A DNA stretch of 64,000 nt. Source: Catajapyx aquilonaris. Its lineage: Eukaryota. Position numbers and translations under genes: made by a program. Below the pieces are notes generated by a model that saw only the letters and a list, made by a program, of their open reading frames with translations, had not been told where the DNA came from and did not search any database. Below, in pieces: positions 38,738 to 50,214 of the stretch (position 1 is the first letter of the stretch; every line of letters begins with the position of its first letter). The stretch spans positions 1 through 64,000 of the forward strand of contig KZ538341.1 in the NCBI GenBank assembly GCA_000934665.2, read 5' to 3'.

Positions 38738-39548
38738 GTTTCCATCGTTTTTTCGTGCGTTTCGACAAAAACGACGAATCGAGATGTAACTTTACTTCAT
38801 ATCTAACCTAACTTGCCTGTGACCTCACATGTCAAGGATATTTTACCGCCTGTTGCGAAAGTTCGGTTGGATATGTCGAGGATTCCCCCCTGTGTCCTGT
38901 CGGGTCAAGTACTGTCTAGCAAAGTTTACACCCCCCTCGTTTCACTTTGTCCAAATTACAAGGCGCCTTATCACCAGTAGGTCGCCTCGAGCGCCTCTGT
39001 CGGCCGGAACAGTGTTTAATGAACAGTCCTCCGAATGACGCGACACGAGACAAATTGCTGAGTTATATTGGGGTCGCTTCTTCCCTGGTAAGAGATAAGG
39101 CGTCGCCCGTACGTTTTCTAGGGATCGAGTATATAGTATAAAAAAAACTGATGGACTTTTTCGTCCCGGAGTTGGTTGAGACCCGAAAAGAGGCTGTCGA
39201 ATGGGGAAGAGGGGTCGAGGCAAAGGCTGCAGCAAGCCGTGCGGTGCCTTCCTAAAAGGCGGAAATCCTCAGCCTTCCCCCCTCCCATACCCTCCAGACC
39301 CGAATGTTGTTGGAGCGGCTCAAGCCCAGCTTCTTGCACAGCCTTTGTCAATAAAAATAATAGGAGAGCTCGCAGGCTTGCCGTCTCTCTCTTTCTCTCC
39401 AGTCTCCCAGACGAAGGCAACCAGAAAATGACTCGTGACTGGTATACGACACCTTATTGAGTGACTTTGGAAGGAAAGGCCAGAAAATGCGTTTCAACCT
39501 GCCTCCGGGTTGTCAGATGACTGGGGAGAAACTGATTTTTATGGGAGA

Positions 39549-39689
39549 CTAGCAGCTGAACTCGGTCTTACCACAGGAATTGATGAATGAGTGTGCCCAA
39601 GTTTCAGTACCCTCAGTAGTCCGCAAGAGGGTTAGGTAGCCGGGACATACAAACATACAGAGAAACTTTTCAATTTACACTGTAATAGA
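39549..39689 (-). mobile_element. Short non-autonomous Helitron
   Basis: Minus strand begins A|TC (39689) and ends CTAG|T (39549). The internal ACATACAAACATACA..AACTTT..ATTTA and GTGTGCCCAAGTTTCA motifs resemble arthropod mini-Helitrons as I recall them. Confidence 0.5.
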
Positions 39690-40123
39690 TGAAGTACCGT
39701 ACCTTCAGCTGTCAGATTTTGGATGTCGTACTCAACCTTGAGTAGGACTGTACAGTAGCCCGATTAATATGCGCTTAATGCGCGTTTAAAAGCTGGGTTT
39801 AATGGAAATATTGAATGTTACTTGCGATAAGGTTGCTGCTGCTTACATAACAAATACAGGCACTAGGGGGTGAAGGGGTGTTGTTATTTATTGCGCATAA
39901 TTCATCAAGCGAGCTGTCAACCCCTGAATATGAATTAGTTGATAATCTGATTGCAAGCCCCCTAAACTTTGGGCTGATATCATGAATTATACAGCGGCGA
40001 CAACAACTGCCTTCCTAATAATGGGCGCAGCAGTATAGCAGAGATATAACCCATGATTCAGTCTAATTCTATTTTGGTATTAACTTCACTGTTCAGACCA
40101 TGTATATAATGTAGGTAGGTTTA

Positions 40124-40338
40124 CCTTTCTCGTAATAGGCTTATTCTCTCCGTCGGATGTTTGTCCGACCTGATAGTATCGATATCTTTCGCACGACCTG
40201 AGGGTGGCGGGAGTGTGCAGAGGGAGAGTGCGCCATCTATGCCTGAAGAAGACCTGGTAAATCGGCGGGCCATCTCGTTAAATTGTCACTGTCATACTGA
40301 TTATAGGTTTATGCAAATTTTGGCAACGGGTTCACTAG
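40124..40338 (+). mobile_element. Non-autonomous Helitron, copy 1 (family shared with 49568-49800)
   Basis: Aligns along its whole length to the reverse complement of 49568-49800 and ends GCAACGGGTTCACTAG. Confidence 0.7.
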
Positions 40339-43300
40339 CTTTCGTACATAAGTCGCCTTTTTGGTCTTAGGATTTTCCTCTAAATTTTTGGGTTCGTGGG
40401 AGATATAAGTGTGCGGGAGTGGAGAAGATATATTTTTTTCTCTCTGGTTGTCTTTGCGCTTGATGCCGTGTCTTCTCTGACGAAAGGGGACCGTCTGCTC
40501 TTGTCATTTCAAAACGGGGCACAGCTGCCACTGCCTTGGAAATCTCACCGGATTCTTAACGAAAAGTGGGGAGAGAAATTCCTCTCTGTGCAACTCCTCT
40601 GGGTCTTTCTTGGTTTGCGAGGATGTTGGGGACTCTTGGGGAATAGAACACAAGTGCTCATTTGCTGTAAGTTATGGACAGAATTATTATGCTTGCGGAA
40701 GATGTGTCGCCGTGACAATTGCGGAAGTGATAGCACTTTTGGACTGCTGAATTATGGTGATTCAACGGCTGATTATGCAGATTTTTTTTTCGCATGTGCT
40801 CCTGTCATCCTGACATGTCGGAAGATTCCAATTGGTGCTGAACTATCCATTCATACTGAGCTGAAAATTTACTGAAAATAATTCAGAGCGTTATGGTTTT
40901 AAAAAAGAGACCTGAGTAAACACAAGCTTAATAATTCTGGACGTTTCGGTGGTAAATGCAACGCGTACTTGTTAGACCGCTGAATATGGGAAATGCATTT
41001 CCATTGTTTTGATTTTTATGCTCATTTGAAAATGTCTGCTATCGCTCAGAATGGCAGTAGCTCGAGTATTTCCATTCAATCTGATGACCTTGCGAAAGCA
41101 ATGAATTTGAGGTGAACCAAAACCATGTGAGAATTATTTTGGCTATTTTTTTATTGTTGCTGCTTTCGATTTCTTTTAGTCAATTTGTGTCTAGTCCAGG
41201 TCCAGCACCTCGTGGCTGTGTAATTGCCCCCTGGGTCACCGACCCTTTTTGTCAGTGACTCTACATTGCACAGTCCTGTAATACACGCCACTTAACGGCC
41301 ACCAGGGTGCGTACAGCCGAAAATTGCACCGAGTTTGCCCCCTAGAGCAGCTTAGTTCCATTTCCCAAGACGAGTCCTTTTAATTTCCAATGTAGCAGAT
41401 GAGATGCAGTGATAATTTTGAATCCCCAGTGGTACAGTTGTAGCTATAGAAGCCTGTGCAAGCCGGTTTGGTCTGGCTGGAGGTTGGCGGTGACAGTAAT
41501 AAAGCCATCTGATAGAATGCTGCGCGGGTCTCGCCTTGAAAGTTTTGGACCAAACTTTTGCCATATCGGGAAAGGGGGGACCTATTTGCATAGTGCTTTT
41601 GTTTAGCATCAGCATCGGAGGAGGGGCAATTGCCGCATAGTTGCTGGGTCTGAATATTTCGGGGGCGGTTTGTCTGGCTGACCTCGGGCTTGTGCTTGGG
41701 GGGGTCGTGTGTGCGAGAAATGGTAATCAGAGTTGAATCTGAGCTGGGCTGCGTAGCCAGGAATTCCTGGCCTGCATGCCTACGCACAATGGCATATTTT
41801 GGCGAAAGTAATGAACCGAGTACTGTAGGTTAGGTCAGGTTTCAGCCACAAATGAAATGTGATTACGTTCAAGGTCTAGTCGCTATTATCAGGAAGAAAT
41901 CAGGTGAAATGACTCATGTAACCTTTGACTTTGGACTGCTGGGCTTACATTTCCATTACGGGGAGGGGTTGACATGTTTGCTCGAATCGGTTCGTAAAGT
42001 GTGTCGTCAATAACGATTTGCATAAAAATGATAGGCGATCTATCGATTGTGGACTGCGGGGAGAAGAGACGAAAATGTCCGTTTTTATGCGCGCGTCAAA
42101 TTTATGTGCGTCCATTAAGGTAAACCCCCTACTGCGAAAGTGATTGAATATACTCTTGGGTTATGTCACATTTCGACTTCGCAAGTCGGATCTTGATTAC
42201 CAGGGAGAAATTTACGGAATGTCAACTGAATATTTATAGGAAGGTAATTTGTTCATTTGTCAGAAATTAAGTCATGCTGCAGTGACTTGTGGTGCCTTGA
42301 TATTATAACGTATTGCTGCTAATTAATAATAATGTTGTTTTTTTCTGTTAAAATTTTTGTTCATCCTGGCTTTTCCGCAACCTTGTCTCACTAATCTGTG
42401 CGATGGGTTGCTTGCAGTGTAGGATATTCACCTTGACGTCAGATGCTTTTGTGGGATGGCGTTTTCAGCCTGTTTCACGCGAACTCGTGTGTCAACGTTA
42501 ATCTTCTTACCTGGCGTACCTGTGTATGGCAGGGGGGAGAGGGGGATGAAGAGGTTCAATGGATGAATAGGGTTTGGATGCATGCTCAGAGGCACAAAAT
42601 CCGTTTACGTTTCCAGAATTTGCAGAGATGTATGATGGGCTTACAGTGCATTGACTTGTTGTTTGTCAAGGTTCGGTCTGTACAAAGTACTTGACAGAAC
42701 TGTAGTTCGCATCGTACTTCAATATGTTTTCGAATTCAATATTGAAATTTAGCCGCCTGGATCTGCACTTATTATATTTTTTGAAGGTACTTATACGTAC
42801 TTGGATGCCGGTCGAAACACTCCTTAGCAACCGAAGCTGACATTTTGCGGCCCAACTTCATTTGCATACCTAACGAAGCAGCGGTTAAGATTCTGATGCA
42901 TCTCCTCTTTACATGTAGTCTAAATAATTTTCGAACCTCCCTTTTTGACTAAGCACTCTTAGTAAATCCTTGCCATCTTTACATATATATTTTTCCCCCC
43001 TCCAGTCTGATGCTCCGAGGAGACTAATCTGAAATTCTGTGTCCAGTCCCAGTTTTCATTTGGCGGGAAGCCTCTTCCATCCCTGTCATTTGCCAGCTGG
43101 CATGTATAATTTCCTCTACTTGCCGGCCTAGACCAGCACCCATTTGTTTTCTCGTGTTACTAGGCAAAGAATTAAAGCCTGCTTTCTCACATTTCTGGAG
43201 TAAAAGGGCGTAGGATTAATCATTTTAAATTTGGTTTCCCTTGTGTATGCGGGAAATACTGCGTATATTTTCTTATTGCTAATTGTTCTGATGGGGGCTT

Positions 43301-45887
43301 TCGCATCAGCGAACTGTGACATTAAAAAAAAAACAACAACAACATGGCTGCGTAATTGCGTTGGTCCATTACAATCCATCTGTTGCACTTAGATAATGAA
43401 ACGTGCGAGCTGCATGCATGATGCATGGATAGACGTAACGGGTTGTAAAAAATCGGTGTCTATTTTTATCCCGTTACGTAGTCTGTGGTGGTGTATTAGT
43501 TTAGGAGCAAACGCCAAGGGGATAAGGCCTGCACTTACATATTCCGTTTGCCCTACCGTCTTTGATCATTTTTCTCTATTTCTTGTGAGAATTGCTCGCA
43601 CATTCAGTCACGTTCAACTTGCCCAATTTTTTATTCTGGAAGCTTCTTTTTTTTAAATGCGAAAGTGTTGAATCTTTTCATCGATGGAGTTTTTTTTTTC
43701 TCTCATTTTTTTTTCTTTTTTTGTGGAGTGAGTATATAGTTGGGTCTAATTTCAGTTAGGAAGAACGCCCGTGCTTTGTTTGATCAGCAGACTGGAATTA
43801 CATCTTGAGGTCTGCAGTGCTCTTGAGTTGTGCTCCAATGATTGGTTTAGACTAGTTCAATTTTGATTGGTACATAAGGATCCATTTTGGAGCTGTTTGC
43901 AAAAATATAGAGATTTACTGTCTGATTTTTTTGTTTTGTGCTTCGTTTGCTTTGCGGGATGGTATAAGTTCTTGTGCTGACGTCAGGTATACATAGTAAT
44001 GCGTTGCCTAGAAAGCTGGTATTTAGCGCAGAATAATGTACAGGGCGTGGAAACGGAGGTTTTTTTTTGGTGGATGATTTAATGATAGTGAAAGAGATTA
44101 AAGATGACTTAAGTGTACACCTGATGCGATAGGATGCTTTCATCTCATCACGAGGCGCAACTGATCAAGCAGTATTCTAATTTTGGCGGAGAAGGCGCTT
44201 AATGGCTGAGGGATGTTGGTTTCCAGGTGAAAAATGAGATCTGGGTGACAAATGTTAGCTGTAGAGAGAGATATCGATCCGGAGGATCCGGGCAGCTTTT
44301 GCAACGAGCCTCTCTCTGCACCACTTAAATATTTAATACGATTTTTACAAGTCAGTTTTTTTTTCGGTCGCAGCATTTGCATGGTGTGAAAAAAGCGCTA
44401 TTATTTATGTACATAACTTTTGTATGCTTTTGTGGGCTTGGTCCTCAGGGTGAAACAACAGCAACGGAAAAAAAAATGGGGGCATCATGTGGCAATTCAT
44501 TGTAGAAGAGGCTTGATGTAGACGATCCCCCGGTTTTCGAGTTTCAAGGCCCTCCTTCCTGGCTTTGATGTGTTTCCTCCGGATCAATAGCCCGGACTCC
44601 CGGATATTTTGTCATTCTGGTTATGCACACTAACCCCGGCAAAAATCGTAAGCGTCGAGATCCTAGACCTCACGGGCCATTACGTTAGGGCTGTTTCAAA
44701 AGCAGAGGGTGTGATAACTTGATGGTGTGGATTTTAGAAAATGGCATTGGATTTTTAGGCGAAATGTGTTGTGGTGTGTAATAGGGTGGAACTGGCGTCC
44801 GTCAAAACATGACGCTATGAGGGGAAATTATAAGGCTGATGCATTTACTGGCAGTAAAACTCTATGGATCATTCATCATATTGACGTGTTGAACATGCAG
44901 GCCGTAAAACAACGCAATAGTTGGGTTTTTAGCAAATGAGTTTTATGCTTTATTATTGGGAGTACTATGATATAGGATACTTGTTGCATTAATTAATTAA
45001 TTAATTCAAACAAATATGCTCTGTAATGAAAGATGTTTCCAACAATTTGAAGCGTGACCAGATCAGATTACATACATTTCTTTGAATTCAAAAGATATAC
45101 ACATATAGCAACACATTTTTTGTGCATTTTGTCAATTTTGTTGACTGTTGAATAAATTCAGGACTGAAGGGTTGCAGGGCCTTAGCAGGCTATAGGACAA
45201 CTCGTTAATGTCCCCTTAAAGCAACATTTGATGAATATAATTAATACACCTTGCCAATAGTTTTTAAAGATGAAATGGTTATATTGAGTGAAATATTTGG
45301 AGATTCAGCTTGATGAATTACAGGCCAAAATAGCCAAGCTGCAAGACAAAGAGCACACTGCACTTGCAAATTGCTCAGCAGCAACTTTCTGATTTGCATG
45401 TTGCAGATAAGCAGCTTAGGTCTCTTATACAGTATGCGCCTTATTGCAGCAATGGTCTCACTGACGGCTATGTAGTTTGAGGCTGAAAAACTTGGACAAT
45501 AACTCACCTCGTTTTCTGTGCACGTTGAGCCCATGATGCCATTTGGGAACGGCTGGATTTATTGTATGGTGACGTCCCATTTCCATTTGTCTTCTTTTTG
45601 TGAGTGTGCAGATTGAGTTCCTTCTGCTTGATAAAAGAGTCCTTTCATTCGAGTATCCCCACATATATACACGCCCTTTGCATATATACGTCCTTTGACA
45701 CCGCCTGCGGTACGAATGACAGTACCGCACTGCCAAAATCCCGAGGTTGACAAAGTGTTCTGAGAGTTAAATCCTATTGGACTCTTAGCGACATGCGGTC
45801 CTGGGAAGAGGGTAGGAACGACTACAATCTAGTTTCTGCTCATGAGCTCAACTCTGGGCGCAAACTTTTAGGAGCATCGTCACCGGG

Positions 45888-45929
45888 AATTCCCCCACTT
45901 CGGTCACCAATTCCCCCACTTCGGTCACC
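45888..45929 (+). repeat. Perfect 21-bp tandem duplication (AATTCCCCCACTTCGGTCACC)x2
   Basis: Seen directly. Confidence 0.9.
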
Positions 45930-48913
45930 ATCGTTGCAAATAAGGTGGCCTCATGAAGGTGTTGAAGGGAAGACAACACTTGGTCCAAGGCATTTGTGTC
46001 AAAAGACAGAAATAAATTGTTGACTTTGTTTGGACAAAAATGGTGTGGTAAGGATGTCTGATTTTTACTTCAGACCTCGATGGACCGACTTGGACCCCCC
46101 CAAATAAGGAGAAGAGTACGGAGACATCGTCCATAAAGAACATCCACGCCTGTTAAGGAGGAAAATGGCACGTCGTACATGTTCTATGAATAATTCAGGA
46201 GTCGTAAAAAGCTTAGGTATCGAGCCGATAGACAGACGTGCGAATCGGGCAGACGTTCTGTAGTCATGAAAGATTTATCTTTGCAGATTTGATTTCACAC
46301 CGGGGCCATAGTTATATGGCTAGTGTCCCGCCTATGGGCCTCTTACACTTAGGTCGTGAGCACAGATTGTGCCACATTCGAGTTGGCCTGGATTTTGCAA
46401 ATTTTCCGCAATATTTCGTACGTGTGAGAGGATTTTCATGGCAGTTCGCACCCTGCAACATATGCTGTGGAACTTTATTGTGTGGGACTAAAAAATGGTG
46501 CAATTTTTTTCTGATTCCCTCGTACCTTGAATTTCGCTCTTTTCTGAACTACCTATATTAACATAGCAAACAAGTTTGCCAAAAGTTGGGTAGCAAACTT
46601 GTAATCAGAAGCTGAAACGGAGCAGGTGTCTCGACTAAATATCGATATGCAAATAAGCCTAATTTTTGGGGCCTGCAGGGTTGACGTTGCACCAAGTTTG
46701 TAGCACCAGGGGTTAACTCGAAGGGCGTCGGATTGTCGTATCCACCAATAACCTTTACAACCACCATAGCAAGCAGTTTATGACCGTATAGCTGCAGACC
46801 TATATGTTTGGAGAGGAAAATCAGGTTGAAATAAGGTCTTATTCACATTTAACTATAGGATAACCGGGTGATTCGTAACCGATCTGTTTGAACTAGATGT
46901 AGACGTCTAATCGCATACAGGATTTGTCCAGTGACTTATGGATCACCTCGTAACACAACGCATTCGAGTTCCGCAGGGGAAATGTTAAGGCGTAAGTTTC
47001 ATTGAGGTCTAGGGAGAAACCGGAGGCCTCCCGAAAGTCCCCGAGCCCATCTTCTTTCTGAATTGGTTTCCTATAGTCTTTCTAAAATCAATGCCGAACG
47101 AGAAGAGGAAGAGATAGTAGGTACGTTTATAGGTGTACGATTATTGGAAAAAATTGAGGTGGAATGGCTTACTGCTATACCGTGAAGGGGAGGGGGGGGG
47201 GGGNGGGGGGGGAATCTGCTGCATTTCGTCTTCCAAGTGGAATATACGCTTTTGATGGCGAATGCTAGGAAGTACTTAGAATTTTTACAACAGAGCTTAA
47301 TGATGTGGTCAGTTGCCTAGAGGGTATAATACATTTCCGAAGAGTGGAAGAGGAGAATTTTTGTGGATTGTTTACTCCAAAGTTTGCGAGTATCTCGATG
47401 CATAATATGACGCTCATATTTTTAGATCGTTTTATAAAATAATGTATTCAATCCTAGTTTGAAATGCATAGTCAGGAACTCAATTCCTGAGACCAAGTTA
47501 AAAATTGAAACTATTCAATCAGGCACGAAATTCAATGAAAGCTTGGCTCGAGTTACTTTCCGAGAATCGGCTTAGGTTACTTACCCTGGGCACCGTGACA
47601 GGAGACAAAAAAGAAGTAAACAATCGCACGGTTATTTCTCTCCCTATATACATTTTTTGTGACAAGTCTAGCAATTAACGGAAAGAAGAATCAATGGACT
47701 TTCCCTACGAGTCACGGAAAGGTATTGACCCGTCTTTTTGTGAACCATCGAAAGGTTACATGTAACTCTATGAACGATGACTTTTTGTCGTGCCAAACCA
47801 CCTTGATTACGTGCAAGTGGGGAGATACTACGTGAATGTTATTTCAGAATCGTATCATTCATATCCTGTGCGTTAATGATCTAGTAAGTCGTAATTATTG
47901 TCTCTTTTTTTTTGGTATGTGTACAAGAAAGAAAGAAATCGACATGTGTGCAATAAATGAGACGACACGCAGTCAGAACTGAGACAATGAAGCCTGCCTG
48001 CTATACACTTCCGTCGCAATGCTTCGGAAGTTTTGTGCAAAGTGCTGTAATGCAATGTTGTGCACTACACAACGCTGTTATGCAATATTCGTGTATGTAC
48101 GGATAGGAAGTTGAAATTTTAGGGGGTTTAGCCCCTAGGTCAGACAGAACAATTTCCAACTCGTTCTTCTTGTGTGTGGGTGTTGACTGCAGTGCACCGC
48201 AAAATCTGCACAATTTTCTCTTTTATCGACTAGAAGCGGCCATTATTCTTAATACTGGGCCTCCCCAACTTGCGAAAACCAATGTCGTACCGCGTACTGC
48301 ACCGTCTCCAGTTTTATCGTTCACTATTGGTAAATAATAAATAGCCTGCAAAAGTTATGAGCACTATAGTGAGCGTCCGGAAATGAGTGGCGTCGCTGAA
48401 CTTGAGAGATTGAGCACACCTGCGGAGCCACGAGCCTCGTTTCGGGCTCTGGCTATAAATTCCGACAGGTCATGAAAACAGGAGCCTATGTTCCTCCGAG
48501 CCCTACGTCCTTCGACACACACACACCCACACACTTACAGTATACAGTCGCAAAAAACCCCGGAGAAATTCATTTACTGGCTGGATTTTGGTGAGGTCCA
48601 GTATTTTTGACGGGCGTGACTTGGCGTTTGGTAATGCAGGCCGACAACTGAATTTTATAAGGGGAGATCCCAATGCGGTTTGGGTTGTAATTAGGAGGGT
48701 ATATATGGAAGGGGAGGCTTCCATTCACACTGCATTGTTTTAGTGAATGAATGCGGGCCTGCTGGAAACCCGAATATTGCGTTTCGGAGGGTGCATTGCT
48801 GCAACAGTTGATCTGCGCTCGGAATTAATATTAGACGAGTGTTATGGTGGCGTGCTGATATGTGTGGCGGTTTGGAAATCGGAAATCTTGAACCAGTACC
48901 AGGAGCTAATATA

Positions 48914-49337
48914 CAGGGTGTATCTGAACTCAGTGCCCCGACGTATATGACTGCCTTCCTAGCCACCAGAGGATCGATTTAAGTATAGGAGTCATATGTC
49001 TGGGCAGCCTCATTACGGAGATAATTGGCCGCAAACATGTAGTACAAAATATCCTGTCGGTTAGGCCACCCATCGAACCCTCCCCCAGTCAGAAGGCTCT
49101 GGAAGGTCTAGGGGCCGGACTTTGTTGGTTTGTTGCCCACAGGTGGTAAGGCCTCTTTGGCTAGTTACACCAGAAAATTCTATTTCAAAGTCAGAAGGAG
49201 CGATTAGGCAAAAATCGCTAAAGAGTGTATCTCAGTAATGAGGCTGCCCAGACATATGACTCCTATACTTAAATCGATCCTCTGGTGGCTAGGAAGGCAG
49301 TCATATACGTCGGGGCACTGAGTTCAGATACACCCTG
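48914..49337. mobile_element. Tc1/mariner-type MITE (424 bp) with 103-bp perfect TIRs and TA target-site duplication
   Basis: TA|CAGGGTGTATCTGAACTCAG...CATTAC (48914-49016) is the exact reverse complement of 49235-49337 ending ...ACACCCTG|TA. The match extends to 110 bp with one mismatch. Confidence 0.92.
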
Positions 49338-49343
49338 TATGTA

Positions 49344-49554
49344 CCCCCGCGAGCATAAAGATGGAGACGGCAGGCCCTTTTTTGACATTTCTTTATCCGA
49401 CTCAAATTAATGAACTATTTTTGGACTGAGTTAGCTGCATTAGTCGTGTGTTCGTGTATTTATGACAGTATATTTGATACCGTAATTGCTGAGATTGGCC
49501 GAGCAGCCTGCCGAAGGTGATGGCCTGCCGTCTCCATCTTTATGCTCGCGGGTG
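49344..49554. mobile_element. Tc1/mariner-type MITE (211 bp) with 33-bp TIRs and TA target-site duplication
   Basis: TA|C(C/A)CCCGCGAGCATAAAGATGGAGACGGCAGGCC ... GGCCTGCCGTCTCCATCTTTATGCTCGCGGGTG|TA. Confidence 0.88.
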
Positions 49555-49567
49555 TACGTACTGTACA

Positions 49568-49800
49568 CTAGTGAACCAATTGCAATTGAGCAATTGGGCA
49601 AAACCTGTAATCAGTATGACGGTGACAAACAACGTTAATGGGATGGCCCGCCGATTTACCACGTAGTACTATTCGTCACGTGCAGATGGCGCATATACTC
49701 CCTCTGGACACTCCTGCCATCTTCAGGTCGTGCGAGAGATAGTGATACTATCAGGTCGGACAAACATCCGACGGAGAGAATAAGTCTATTAGTAGAAAGA
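49568..49800 (-). mobile_element. Non-autonomous Helitron, copy 2 (233 bp)
   Basis: Minus strand has an A|TC 5' end, a CTAG|T 3' end, and an 8-bp-stem hairpin (CCAATTGC-TCAATT-GCAATTGG) a few nt before the CTAG. No TSD. Homologous to 40124-40338. Confidence 0.75.
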
Positions 49801-50170
49801 TTCCTCTTGTAAATTTTATGCCGAAATATTATTGATTATTATTCGATATTACGAGTATTTGTATTTCTCGGTAAAATGGCTGAGACTGCCTCCCAGTGCA
49901 ATAGTGCTTTCAGCGAATGATTATTATTAGCCTTTGTAACAGTTTCTACTTCATCTACACGCCTTGTGATATTAGCAGCCAGATGATGTGAGGTCCGTTT
50001 ATTTGGAAACTTTGTGAAAACCTGATTTTGAAATTAACCATATCTGGTCTATAGATAAAAAGGACAACCGCGCGGTATGGCCATTAAAAGATGAGATGAT
50101 TTCGAAAGATAGGCGATTTGCATCACCCCAGTGTAATGCCCGGTGTTTTGTGTGTGCGGGTGTTGAAAAA

Positions 50171-50177
50171 AATGTCC

Positions 50178-50214
<37 letters not shown>
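50171..50214. repeat. (AG)n microsatellite
   Basis: Seen directly. Confidence 0.95.

Noticed and set aside
40124..49800. One 9.7-kb DNA transposon with ~220-bp TIRs
   Set aside because: Each copy has its own Helitron-type ends, there is no TSD or transposase inside, and a third fragment lies elsewhere.
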